Positions 11,514 to 24,590 of a stretch of DNA of 64,000 nucleotides are shown here, piece by piece; the first letter of the stretch is position 1, and every line of letters begins with the position of its first letter. Source of the DNA: Leucoraja ocellata (Eukaryota); contig JAWMAR010000026.1 in assembly GCA_036785375.1 (NCBI GenBank), positions 7,812,001 to 7,876,000 on the forward strand. The letters run 5' to 3'. Below the pieces are notes generated by a model that saw only the letters and a list, made by a program, of their open reading frames with translations, had not been told where the DNA came from and ran no database searches. Position numbers and translations under genes: made by a program.

Positions 11514-14400
11514 TGATATGCCACGTATTATGTGTGCTCGCCGCCATGTTAAATACATTTCCTCTGAAGTCCATGTTGTTTCACAGCATGAAAAAGAAAC
11601 AGCATTATTATTCCTTTCACATCCCGTCACAAGATCTTCTTTAAAAAAACAGAAATGACATCGAATAATGTTGATAAGTTTTATGATTAGATTTCTCGCC
11701 CAAGTAAGCTCTCATAAGGATCAGGTGGTCTTGTGAAGCGAGAACTAATTTTCGATGCCTTTCAGCGTGAATTGACAGGAATCTATGATATTCAGCTGGT
11801 GTGATGCCATCAAGCTAACAAAAATCCATCAAGCAGTCAGCAACTTCCTACACAAGCTAACAAAACTGCCCCTCACAATTAAAACATTCTCAACACATTT
11901 TTGGTCAAGAAAAAACATTGGACATAGAACAGCACAGCACACGAAATGCCCCTCTTTGCCCACTATGTTTGTGCCTAATAATATGTCAATTTAAACTGAC
12001 CAGCTGTCTAGAGATAATCAATATCGCTCTATTGCCTATCCAGAAGCATCTTAAATGCCATGATGGCATCTTCCTCCACCACCACCCCTGGCAGGTGCAT
12101 TCCAGGCCCCCGCCACTCTGTGTAAAAACGTGCCCCGCACGTCTCCCCTAAAATATCCCCTAGAAATAATTAGTTTTTTAAGCAGCTGAGTGCTAACGGA
12201 AATGTAAAAGTAAACTTGAGATTAAAGTACAAATCGATGCACGGAACCGTACTTCCACAAGTAACTGCCAATATTTCTCAAATTGTTTATCAGAAAGGTT
12301 GGTACTCCTGATAAGGAGGGCGGAATATCCAATTTTTCTGTGAATTGTTTGATTTCTTGATTTTCTCGCCTGAACTCCCCGTGCAGTTGTAGAGCGGCTG
12401 CTCCACAATGCCAGAGACCCAGTTCAATCCTTCTATTTGTTTATTATATTATCCATTCAGTACTGTGTTTACAAACCTTTTATGCCGCCGCACGTAAGAA
12501 TTTCATTGTTCTGTTTCAGTACATATGGACTACATATGTACTAATAAAACGTGGCCTCACATCGCCAGAGGCCAGGGTTCAATCCTGACCTGGTATGCCC
12601 TGTGCGGAGATTGCGCGTTTTCTCCACGTGCTCCAGTTTTTTTCCCTCCCACATCCCAAATACGTGCCGATTTGTATATTAGTTGGCCTCTGTATAGTTC
12701 CCCTTGCGTAGGTATTTAGAAAGTGGTTGGCCGAAGGTCGGCGTGGTCTGGTTGGTCCAAATGGTTCAAGGGTGAATGATTCAATTGTGATTTTACTGAC
12801 ACATGAGCGAAGTGCCAACAGGGAGAAATTAAAAAGACTCCACTGGAGCATTGCAATACCCCGGATCCCCGATTAGCAATTGTACAGAAATATACTGAGC
12901 CCGTTTGCAAGAGGCGCCATGTTTTGGCGCCATGTTCAAAGTACTCGCTCCAGTTCTTTCGAGCCAGGCAGTTTCAAGCAAGTTCAATGCTTTTTCCCCA
13001 TCTCCAGCCATTTCGTTCATTTGAAATTCAGTAAACAAGATTTAAGAAGTTATGTATATCTAATGTTGATGTTAATTTAATCTTCAGGGTGACACCAGGA
13101 AAACAGCGGGTAGTCCATGGAACCTGCCTCCACCCGCTGCGTTTCTCCAGCATTTTTGTCTAACTACCATTTTTGATTTGTTTTGTTTTGGTTCTGCCCA
13201 TCACCTTCATTCTATGTCCCATAGTTATCATTTTCTAGAAACTGTTTCCCTCACTCCACTTTCACTCTAATGTGCTCGTGATTTAACATCCCACGATCAA
13301 ATCCCCAAGGTATCTTTTCAGTTCTATGGGAAACTTCTTTCAGCTTCTACAATCTATCCACAGAACTAAAGTCCCTCATCCTTGGAATCATTACCATAAA
13401 TAGCTACTGCCCCTCACATGTCACCGCAGAGGCGATGTAGTTCAGAATTACAGCATCAAAACAGGTCTCTCGAGGTCGGCTGCGGGTGGCACCCCCTAGA
13501 GTCGAAGGTGGGCGGGCGAGGGGAGAGGGACACAAGCAAAGATACTAGAGGAGGTGACACCGAATAGAAACTAAGCAGGCCTGTGGAACATGCATACACG
13601 GGTAGGAGATTTTTTTTAATTGGAGGCATCGGATGGAGCGAGGAATCAGCTTCCGCCTCTATCATTGGATCCTCAATGTACTGACCCACCGACAGAAATG
13701 AGTGACAGCATCTCCTCCACAATAACAATCAACACTGGTGGCTCGAAAAATTGCATTCTCAGTCCCCTACTATACTTCCTTTACACACGATTGTATAGCT
13801 AAATTCGGCTCAAATTATGTCTTCACGTTTGCAGACGATACCATTGACAGAAGGTACTATCAGCAGAAGGCACAAAAGTTTCACAGCGGAAACCACCTGA
13901 CTCAGGAGAAATGTGAGACTCAGGCATCTGAACGCTCCTTCCATAAGTTACATTCGACACAACAACACCACTACGATTCACCACTACCGCCACACACCCC
14001 ATTGTGGACATTGGACTTTGTCTAAGGAGTTTATGCGCCGCAATGGTTAGAAATGAGAACACTATGTCTATTTCCCCTTTGGTGTATCTATTGTACTTGA
14101 GTTTGAACTGATTCTATCTATGTATGATATATCTGATAGACTTGGATAGCATGCAAGACCATGTTTTTCATTGTACCTGTGACAATAATAAACCCAAACC
14201 TAAATGTAAAATGACCGGACAAGAGGACTTATGCATTCTCTTTAGCAGACGAGTTAAATTGAACGAGTTTCAGATGGAAGGAGATGACGTGCGTCAGGAA
14301 GTTGTCAGTGCCTTAGGATGCCGTCTGTGTTCCAGGGAGTAACTGAAATCTGAGAGAGGAATGGGCGAGACGTCCAGTACAAACAACATTTCGGGGCGAA

Positions 14401-14660
14401 ACATAGAAACATAGAAAATAGGTGCAGGAGTAGGCCATTCGGCCCTTCGAGCCTGCACCGCCATTCAATATGATCATGGCTTATCATCCAACTCAGTATC
14501 CTGTACCTGCCTTCTCTCCATACCCCCTGACCCCTTTAGCCACAAGGGCCACATCTAGCTCCCTCTTAAATATAGCCAATGAACTGGCCTCAACTACCTT
14601 CTGTGGCTGATAATTCCAGAGATTCACCACTCTCTGTGTGAAAAATGTTTTTCTCATCTC
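14401..14660 (-). mobile_element. CR1 3' end with (TTTCTATG)n tail
   Basis: [16 protein letters not shown]...[12 protein letters not shown]; same family as the copies at 16741, 23098, 33658 and 43950. Confidence 0.8.
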
Positions 14661-15479
14661 GGCCGTTTTCCTCATCTTCGATACATGGCATTTAATGTTT
14701 TACATCAGTGTTTCACGACAAAATTATTCTCTCAGTCAAGTTTCATCTGCCCAACAAATCTTTATTTCGAACTATATTCCTTCACAGATGGACCGAATAT
14801 TCCCATATTTCTGCTCCAGCTAATATTTCTTATTTCAACATCAGCCAGCAACACACTTTCTAAAATATTTACCGGTAAAAATGATTGTGCACTCCTTTCT
14901 TGTGCAAGTCCCAACAGCAGTCAGATTCATCATATCTGCACAGTGGCGTACTCTAACAGGTAAAACAAGTCAATATCGGAACTCTTATTCTCATGATAAT
15001 TCAGCTACACATGACTTTCCCGCCTTCTTAGTTACAGAAATATTCTGCTAAACGTTTTATTCATGATTTTCAACGGCTCTGCGTCATGTTTACAAGAAGA
15101 CTCCAGAAATATCATGTTTAGGCAAAGCTTCAACATTGCTTGTTAATTTATCACTGTATTGCCATCTTGTCCGTTGCCTCCGATGTGTTCGGAATCAAAA
15201 CAAATAATTGGTATTTAAAATAGTTAGTGTATACCGTCATGTCCCGAAATGTTTTATAATTCCACAACATTAATTAAGTTGATGAACTTTAAACTAGATT
15301 ATGTTAATTAATTAATGATTTGTCAAATAACATTTAGCTGCAAGCTTTCAGACCAGACTTCCAGTACTGAACAAATACGCGCAAAAGCGCAGGCTCAGCA
15401 CGCTCACACCCAGAGAGAAAAACGGGCATAAACCTTCTTACAAACCCATGCTCATGAAAAACCCAAACCACCTAAACAG

Positions 15480-15770
15480 ACGTGCGCTCACAGATACGCA
15501 CACACACACGCACACGCACACACACACGCACACACGCTCGCACACACACAAACACATACACACAAACACGCACGCGCACATACACACATACGTTTACACA
15601 CGCACGTATACACACGCGCACGCATACACACGCACGTACACACACGCACAAACACACACATACACGCACACAAACACACACACACGTACACACACTCTAA
15701 TACACACGCACACACAAGCGAGCACACACACACAGAGCCACACAGAGCCACACACACACGCGCGTGTGCA
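15480..15770. repeat. Degenerate (CA)n/(CG)n microsatellite
   Basis: About 290 bp of alternating purine-pyrimidine; gives spurious HT/CV ORFs. Confidence 0.95.
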
Positions 15771-15964
15771 ATGAGCAAGAAATAATGATCCGCTTTAATT
15801 TGAAGTTGTCGGAATTGCCACATTGACATTTTTATTAACAGATGGCAGTTCGTGTGGTTCAGGTTAATGTAGTCTCCAGCTCATCCAATTATTTATTTGT
15901 CCTGCTGCATCATTGGTCATTGTTTCAAGTGGATATCTAGAGGTTATTCACGCCACTTTCGTTC

Positions 15965-16024
15965 TCAATCTTTGCGCCATTTACGATGGTGTACTGGCGT
16001 ATATTCAATCTCCTCCTTAATGAT
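15965..16024 (-). CDS. Probable terminal cytoplasmic exon of gene A with ITIM-type motif IEYTPV
   Basis: Acceptor gattttatag, then phase-0 IIKEEIEYTPVHHRKWRKD*. Linkage to the TM exon needs an intervening phase 1-0 exon that is not firmly identified. Confidence 0.5.
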   Translation of the reverse strand: MIKEEIEYTPVHHRKWRKD

Positions 16025-19000
16025 CTATAAAATCAACGGATTTTGTAGTTAGCTCACAACCGTGTAGAGTCGCCCAAATGGAATATTCCATTCGCCGTTC
16101 AGGAGAAAATCGCATTTGGCTCCGTGTTTGTTTCACATATTTCAATCGCTCAAATGGATACTAAAATCGTTACGAAAGATTATATTGATGAATGTTGGTA
16201 GGGAAATGCTTCTCCTGTTGTATTCGAAGGCGCAAAAACGTGATCAGGGTAATGTTGCAACAATTGGGCGTTAGCTTGTTGACATTAGATTTGGAATAAC
16301 TATGACAAGTATTGGGCGAGCAGAATTGCAGAATCAGGTCTTGTTCGTAAGCACCTGATGACTTTCTAAAGAATTGTATAGATTTTTGAAGCAGTCCATC
16401 TTTTCGAATGGGCATGCATTTCCTTCATATGGTATTTTATTCGTTTTAAAAGGATTATTGCAGTTGGAAAGGGTGCAGAGATATTTACGAAGATGTTGCC
16501 AGGACATTTGCCAATGTGTTCCAGGCCCCCACTACTCTCTGCGTAAAAACGTTGCCCGCACATCCCCATTAAACGCCCACCCCCCAGAAATAATGTAGCT
16601 TTTTAAGCAGTTGAGTGCTAACTGAAGTTTAGAAGAAGACATGCAATTGCAGTTAAAATCGAAACACGCGTCCATATTTGAACTCGTAACTAAGAACATT
16701 TCCCATCTACATGCGATACTAAAATACGGCATGACCAAAGTCAGGACTGTCTTATGAAGAAAGACTGGATAGACTTGGTTTATACTCTCTAGAATTTAGG
16801 AGATTGAGAGGGGATCTTATAGAAACTTACAAAATTCTTAAAGGGTTGGACAGGCTAGATGCAGGAAGATTGTTCCCGATGTTAGGGAAGTCCAGGACAA
16901 GGGGTCACAGCTTAAGGATAAGGGGGAAATCCTTTAAAACCGAGATGAGAAGAACTTTTTTTCCAGAGATTCACACAGAGAGTGGTGAATCTCTGGAACT
17001 CTCTGCCACAGAGGGTAGTTGAGGCCAGTTTATTGGCTAAATTTAAGAGGGAGTTAGATGTGGCCCTTGTGGCTAAGGGGATGAGGGGGTATGGAGAGAA
17101 CGCAGGTACGGGATACTGAGTTGGATGATCAGCCATGATCATATTGAATGGCGGTGCAGGCTCGAAGGGCCGAATGGCCTACTCCTGCACCTAATTTCTA
17201 TGTTTCTATGTTTCTATGTTTCTATGTAGCTGCATAATGACGTATTGACTTGTATTAAGCGCCGCTAATACTGAAGGTAAGCATACTATTCGCCTTCTTT
17301 ACCACCCCATCTACCTGTGTTGCTGCGTTCAGTGAGCAATGAAGATGGACTCTAAGATACCCCTGCACATCAATGTTAAGTGTCTTGCCATAAACTGTAT
17401 ACTTTCCCCTTACATTCAACCCCCGAAGTACATTTTATTTTTTGCACTGGTTAATCCCCATCTGTCATTTCTTCGCCGGTTTTTGCAACTGGTCCATATC
17501 CCGCTATATCATCTGACTGCTTTCCTCACTGTCAGCATTTCCTTCAATGTTGGCGTCGTCAATAAACCTACTCAACAACCCATCTGCATTTATATCCAGG
17601 TCATTTATATGTATCCAATCCAATCTTCCAATCCAATGTGCAAGAGTTCAGTAGGAAGAGTACAAAAGTTGCAGCGAACTGTCCTCTGAAGCAGTTATGA
17701 CGTAAAATCCACGGAGGGAAGGTATTTGAAGAGCGTTCTCAAACTACATTATCACCATAATACGATTGTGAACATATACTGCGAAATATCTACTGCCGTA
17801 ACCCCTTGGGAGTCGTGGGTTTAAAATAAAAGAAACATGACATCTGTAAGATTTGAATTTAACCTGACTTAGTTTAACAATTGTAATCAATAAAACAATA
17901 TTAAACACTCTCTACGTGGGTATCCACTAATCGATTAATTGAGTAATTATGACAGATGTAACGTTGGCCTTCGTTTTTCCCAACTTAGTTTAGTTTACAC
18001 TAGTAATACAGTGCAGAAACAGATACCCGCAAACTAACACTATCCTACACACTCCAGGGACAATTTACAATTATACTAAGGCGATTAGCCTACAAACCTG
18101 TACGTCTTTGGAGTGTGGGGGAAACCGGAGCTCCCGGAGTAAATGCACGCAAGTCACGAAGAGAATGTACACACTTGGTACAGACACAACCCATAGTCAA
18201 GATCGCACCCGGGTCTCTGGCACTGTACAGCAGCAGCTCTAAAGCTGTGCCACCGTGCCGCCCGCTGTTTCCCTCTATTCTTTAAACGAACCCGAAGGAA
18301 ATTACACTGAATCTTCCTTACCTTCCTGTTTACGGAATTGGCATTTTCTCCGACTGAGAACTATGACGGTAAGGCAAACCAATACGCTCAATGTACATCC
18401 AAAAATCACGAGGAACAGCTGTGGTTTTTCTTTGGCTACGAGAATAATCATCAGCATTAATCATCTTTGGAATAATTATCATTGATGTTGTACGCAGCTT
18501 ATGCTGCAAATTTTATAAGCCCGTTTTTGTGGTGTGATGTGCACTTTCCGAGCATGCACAACAAAATCACGGACGCAAACTGTTATCCTTCGCCATTTAA
18601 AATATTACATTTATGAATATTGTTTCACTTTATTCATATTTATTTCGCTGGAACCACTATACAACTCGAGCTCAGTATGCGAACAAGCAATTATCTTTAT
18701 AATTTATTTGAGTCGACGGTAATGACGTTTTTTGATTTACAAAATATATAAACCAATTTCTGACCATATCTCGCACTAAGTAACAACGGATTTAACATCT
18801 GACCCAAATCCGCAGTGTTTTAACACGGAAGACAGTTCATTGAGGGAAGAAATTGATTTATATGTATTTGCCTCTCTCTTTTTCAGGCCAACTAGTTAAT
18901 AGAGTGAACTAGTTCAGAAATAGACCCTGCGGCTCATCTTGTCCGGATCCATCACCATGCACCCATTCCCACCAAACCCAGTTTACTCTCTCCATGTTGT

Positions 19001-21562
19001 CGTTAACTCCCCCTGTTTCCGGTTACAATACAAACCTATAGACCAGGAGACATGTGCAGAGAAATTAATCGTCCAACGGGCACATCTTTGGGACACGGAG
19101 GCCACGGGAGTTCTAGGAACAAACTCGTGCATTTATAGGGAAAACGCAAATTCCACTTAGTGGGTTAATTTGGTCATGTAGACTGACTCAACCCGGGCTA
19201 CTGTAGCTGGCAGGTAGGCACGAAAAGGCTGGAGTGACTCAGCGGGGCAGGCAACATCTCTGGAGAGAAGGAATGGGTGACACTTCGGGTCTTCAGATTG
19301 TAACTGGGAGGCGGGAGCTCTACCAGCAACACACTGTGCGGCATCATAGAATTGATGATTTTATAGAAACATATAATACATTTTATAGAAACATATAAAA
19401 TTATAAAAGGACTGGACAAGCTAGATGCAGGAAAAAATGTTCCCAATGTTGGGCGAGTCCAGAACCAGGGGCCACAGTGTTAGAATAAAGGGGAGGTCAT
19501 TTAAGACTGAGGTGAGAAAAAACCTTTTCACCCAGGGAGTTGTGAATTTATGGAATTCCCTTCGACAGGGGGCAATGGAGGCCAAATTACTGGATGGATT
19601 TAAGAGAGAGTTAGATAGAGCTCTAGGGGCTAGTGGAGTGAAGGGATATGGGGAGAAGGCAGACACGGGTTTTTGATAGGGGGCGATCAGTCATGATCAC
19701 AATGAATGGCGGTGCTGGCTCGAAGGGCCGAATGGCCTCCTCCTGCACCTATTTTCTATGTTTCTATGTTTCTATGATGACATTTTTACGTAATTCACAT
19801 TTGTCATTGCTTTTATTGGCATTTATCTTATTTTTGGAAACAGGCGCAGAACGACTATCTTTGGTGGATATTCTACAAAATTCACATGCCCATAGCAATA
19901 GGAATGACAATAATGTGAAGCTGTTTATTGCGTCCTCTATTGTCAGCACATGAAACATCGCCAGCATCTTACCCGGATTAAAACTGGCATCAACGTAAAT
20001 AGCCATAGCTGGACTCTGAAGTGTGCGGTGGGTTACCAGACAGGTGTACAAAACGCCACTGCCGGACGGCTGCAATGTTTGCAAACTGCTGGACGCTGCA
20101 TAAGTTCCGTTTGAGTTCAGGATTTTACTAGTGCTGATACCAGTCTCAATGTTGGTATCGTTTTTATACCAAGTGAAGGTGAGAGACTCCGGGTAAAACT
20201 CTCCTGTCTTGCACACGAGGACGAGATTGGACGAGTTTGTTTCCGGCGCTTTGGTGGAAAGGCTGACAGGTTCTGGAGAAGCTGTGGGACGCGAGAAAGA
20301 AGAAAAATGATTATCTGAATTACCATTTCAGTCCAGTTTAGAATCTAGTCCTTCCAATTAGACTGGACAGGTGAATACTGACGGGCTCCCCGGTTATTTG
20401 TAATCAAGAATTTTTTTTAACCAACAAGCTACAATTCGCCTATAATTTGGATGATTTTAATGTTACATTGTTCAAATCAAACCAACTCGACCGGGTTGTT
20501 AGCCTGATTAAGTCTACACAGAGAATAGCACTTCACCAGCAGCTCATTCCGCTTTTCTGTTCGCTGGCAGTTAGCCTTACTCTACGCACTCTAGTTATTC
20601 GATGTAACATTAAACAATTCTCAGTAAGTTACCTTGAGGTATACAAGGAATATTCCCATAGATTTCTGGGATACTTTATGTGCTAGATTATCACAAGGCA
20701 TTTTGCTACCGAACACCGCGCGTTGGCCTTCAGATTCCTCTTGTGCTACGTGAATCGTACAATTATATATATACCAAAAACATATATATATATATATATA
20801 AAGGCGTTCTTATCGTCTACCGTTCACTAACTGAATGATCTAAGCAACCAACGGCAGACCGACGTTACAAACATAGTGGTAGAAATAGCAACATTTTCCT
20901 TATTCAAATGTTGTAAGAAGTACATAGAGATGAACTGTTGACATTATTTAAAGATAGGTTGACCTGGCCCATTGACAGTTTACGGAGTAGCCCTTGCTCA
21001 ACAGGAACCCCGAAACGGAGTCGATGGGCGGAATGAACTAATTCTGCTCGTTTGACTTATGTACCGCACTGCAGTCCTCTCACCGTGCACCTCAAGCCTG
21101 GATCCGGTTCCTTTCACAATCTCATCTGTTTGCTGAACTACATTACAGTAGTATATCCCAGAGTCGGCGACACGGACATCAAGGATTTTGAGCAAACTCC
21201 TATCGTTTTCCAACGGAATAACCTGTTTTCTGCCATGGGAACTTGGTTGTAATAGTCCTTCATCACCAAGTTTCCACCAATTTACAATCAGACTTGCTTT
21301 GTTCGGCACCTCGCTGGTAACGCATTCGAATGTGATATCTGTTCCCACCATCACCGTGCTAGCTTTAGGGATCTGGGATATTGTCGCTGGAGCCACTGTC
21401 AAACAGAAACAAATGTTGCGATGAAATATAATGTAGATACAATAAATAGTTTAATCGTATGTAGTTACATGGATGATCAACGGGCCAAACCGACGCTGAA
21501 GTATTAGGAAGAATACCTTCATAAAAAATCCACAGCGCGCAAAGGTACAAATAGATTAACAT
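15965..21562 (-). CDS. IgSF gene A: leader-VJ-C1-TM-cytoplasmic type I membrane receptor (non-rearranging, antigen-receptor-like)
   Basis: Exons joined by phase-1 GT-AG introns: L 21517-21562 (MLIYLYLCALWIFYE), V 21084-21395, C1 19973-20281, TM 18322-18435. Probable last exon 15965-16024 (IIKEEIEYTPVHHRKWRKD*). The linking tail exon is uncertain (candidate 16355-16422). Confidence 0.85.
16741..17227 (+). mobile_element. CR1 3' end, 5'-truncated
   Basis: [34 protein letters not shown]..., ends in (tttctatg)n. Confidence 0.85.
18322..18435 (-). CDS. Gene A transmembrane exon
   Basis: 114 nt, phase 1-1: (A)KEKPQLFLVIFGCTLSVLVCLTVIVLSRRKCQFRKQE. Uncharged hydrophobic span followed by a basic stop-transfer; acceptor ttctcgtag, donor gtaag. 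Confidence 0.85.
19380..19775 (+). mobile_element. CR1 3' end in the gene A C1-TM intron
   Basis: MFPMLGESRTRGHSVRIKGRSFKTEVRKNLFTQGVVNLWNSL, with a (tttctatg)n tail. Confidence 0.8.
19973..20281 (-). CDS. Gene A C1-set exon
   Basis: 309 nt: ...NLVLVCKTGEFYPESLTFTWYKN...NSNGTYAASSSL...VLYTCLVTHRTLQSP. C1 hallmarks CxxxxFYP, W and YxCxVxH; donor gtaag. Confidence 0.93.
21084..21395 (-). CDS. Gene A V-set exon with germline J-like G strand
   Basis: 312 nt: (V)APATISQIPKASTVMVGTDITFECVTSEVPNKASLIVNWWKLG...SLLKILDVRVADSGIYYCNVVQQTDEIVKGTGSRLEVH. Canonical C, W, DSGxYYC and GxGSxLxV motifs; acceptor gacag, donor gtgag. Confidence 0.93.
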
Positions 21563-23097
21563 TGTAGAACAGAATCAGGTCTATCCAGAAACTGTGGCGT
21601 TGTTTCGTTGGAGATAGCAGTTCCCTAAAGGTCAGGTCTTGTTCGTGATACGACGTGCTCTCGTGTTGAGCGCCCAACTTGCTGCAGTTAAACCATTGGA
21701 GGAAGTGAGTTGCAGAGGAAAATGGATTTGTGCCCAAGTGACCTATTTTAGCAGGAAATGTCAGTTGAATATAAACCAACCTCCTGATTGGGCGCGAAGG
21801 GTGTGATGCTTGTCGATGACTCGCCAACAGGACACTCTCTGAACGTATGAAGCTGAAGGTATATAAGGGGAGGCGTAGCAAAGGTGACGGAGGACTGGTC
21901 TTGTGGTAGACGACACAAGCGAAGAGGGGAAAATAAGAAACGATATTCTTCTAATCCAGGATCTGTAGTTCCTTCTTACACATTTCGTCTGGATTAAGTT
22001 GGCCTAAACTACTTTCGTCCTTCAGTATTTTTCTCTTGCTCTTCATTTTGAAGGATCCAGTTCATAGTTCGAGAGGGCATTTGAAACTTCCTCTCGCCCA
22101 TTCATCGAGGCGAAATTTCTAAACTTACTCGCTCTTGATCATTATTTTCTGCTTTCTTATATCTCTGCACATTATTGATTCAGAGTGGAAGGAGTTCAGT
22201 TATCGACTCCTCTGCCTTGGAATCGCTAATGCAAGGAGCCCCGGTAGTTGTTTCGGCGGCAAAGACTCTCGATAGAGCACTGCTGAGGAATAATGTTTTG
22301 CTCCCTCGGCTCCCATGCTACTTCCTCTCAGCAGACAATAAATATTCTTCAAAGATCAGCTGTTTGAGGCAAATGTTGGTTCCCACTCCGTGGATTTTCA
22401 TTTGGCATCGAATAGTGTGCATTCTCCTGTTAACATTCACAGTCCTGGTGTTATGGGAGTAACCACTGAAGACTGAAATTGATCGATCCTGGAAAGGCCA
22501 CTGGAATAATGTCTGCACACAGATCAAGTTTTAGTTTTACAAATATGGGAGGGTGGAAACAGGCCCATTCGGCACGCCGAGTCCAATCCCACCATCGTTC
22601 AGCAGCCCACACTCGTTCTATGCAATCCCAAAACGCAAACGCTCTCTACATACGAGGCTTTTTTTTTTACAGAGGCCAATAAATGTGCAGACCCCCGAGA
22701 CTTTGGGATATGGGAGGTCGTCGAACTGGGGTCTCCGGCGCTGTGAGACACCAACTATACCCGCTCCGGCACAATGCCGCCCGTTGAGGTTGAAGGGGTA
22801 ATTGTATTGGCGTGCTTTCCCAGATAGTTGACACGATAGAAGCATGTAAGGTCATGATAGACATCGATAAGTTAATTATCGAAGATTTTTCTTTTGTTGA
22901 AACGTTGGGGTTTAATAACGTGGCTTAATGTCCGAGGAAGGATTGTGTACGGTGATCTGAGCGGTAAGAGGCAGACACTATGAGCATTTAAAATACACGC
23001 TTACATGTGCATGGTTTGGAGGGATAAAGGACAAACGCGGGCAGGTAGATGGGACATCTTGGTGCGCATGGATTAGTTTGGACGAAGGGTTTGCTTT

Positions 23098-23590
23098 CAT
23101 AGAAACATAGACATAGAAACATAGAAATTAGGTGCAGGAGTAGGCCATTCGGCCCTTCGAGCCTGCACCGCCATTCAATATGATCATGGCTGATCATCCA
23201 ACTCAGTATCCCGTACCTGCCTTCTCTCCATACCGTCTGATCCCCTTGGCCACAAGGGCCACATCTAACTCCCTCTTAAATATAGCCAATGAACTGGCCT
23301 CAACTACCCTCTGTGGCAGAGAGTTCCAGAGATTCACCACTCTCTGTGTGAAAAAAGTTCTTCTCATCTCGGTTTTAAAGGATTTCCCCTTTATCCTTAA
23401 GCTGTGACCCCTTGTCCTGGACTTCCCTAACATCGGGAACAATCTTCCTGTATCTAGCCTGTCCAACCCTTTAAGAATTTTGTAAGTTTCTATAAGATCC
23501 CCTCTCAATCTTCTAAATTCTAGAGAGTATAAACCAAGTCTATCCAGTCTTTCTTCATAAGACAGTCCTGACATCCCAGGAATCAGTCTG
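23098..23590 (-). mobile_element. CR1 3' end
   Basis: ORF 23203-23574 is the CR1 ORF2 C-terminus; near-identical inverted copy of 16741-17227. Confidence 0.85.
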
Positions 23591-24590
23591 TATCAATCAG
23601 TTTCTTGCTGTATGGCTGTGATTTGTGGTTTTCCGTCACGTTAAATGGATCTGTTCGTATTTCACGCAGTGTTCTACTGATCCATGAGGTTGACATTAAT
23701 AGGACGGGACGGTGGCGCAGCAGTTGTGTTTCTGCCTTACAGCACCAGGGATCCGGGTTCGATCCTGACTACGGGTGCTGTCTGTACTGGGGTTGTACGT
23801 TCTCCCCGTGCGTGGATTTTCTCCGGGATCGCCGGGTTAATTGGCTTGGTGTCATTGTAAATTAATGTACGTTAATTGGCTTGGTATCATTGTAAATTGT
23901 CCCTAGTGTGTTCGTGTTCGTGTGCGGGAATGGCTGCGGACTCGGTTGGCGAAGACCATGTTTCCGCGCTTTACCTCCAAATTAAAATGATCAATATGAT
24001 CAGCCATGATCACATTGAATGGCGGTGTTGACTCGAAGGGCCGAATGGCCTACTCCTGCACCTATTGTCTATTGTCTATTGTCTAAATAGACCTATCGGA
24101 TGAGGAGTCACTACTGCCTCTTAACTGGTCAGCACAAACCGAAAGTATGTCATTACTAATAGAAAAGGTCTCACAAAGGCATGGTACACAAATAAAGAAT
24201 AGATTCTCAGAGACGGATGGAGTTTTGATATAATGTGTGCAGCTATGGTCACCCCATTACCGGAAGGATGTGGACGCGTGCAGAAGAGGTCTGCCTTGAA
24301 GCTTAGAAAGAAAGTGCACATGCTGATTTAAACCTAAAACAGACAAAACGTGCTGGAGTAATTTAGCGGGCCAGGCAACATCTCTGGAGAGAAAGGATGG
24401 GTGACATTTCGGATCAGAACTCAGTCTAAAGAAAAGAAGCTGACTGACCAGCTGAGTTACTCCAGCACTTTGTCTAATTTATCTGAATGCTGCCAGATTA
24501 GAGGGAATTAGATATAAGGAGAGATTGGACAAACTTGGCTTGTTTTCTCTGGAATGTCAAAGGTTGAGGGAAGATCTAACAGAAGTATAG

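Noticed and set aside
14788-14873. Plus-strand leader-like exon (IPIFLLQLIFLISTSA)
   Set aside because: No in-frame ATG and no downstream plus-strand exons found.
15448-15829. His/Thr- and Cys/Val-rich ORFs
   Set aside because: Translations of a (CA)n microsatellite.
17284-17360. Candidate gene A tail exon
   Set aside because: The sequence is an old CR1 fragment (caggtagatggggtggtaaagaagg).
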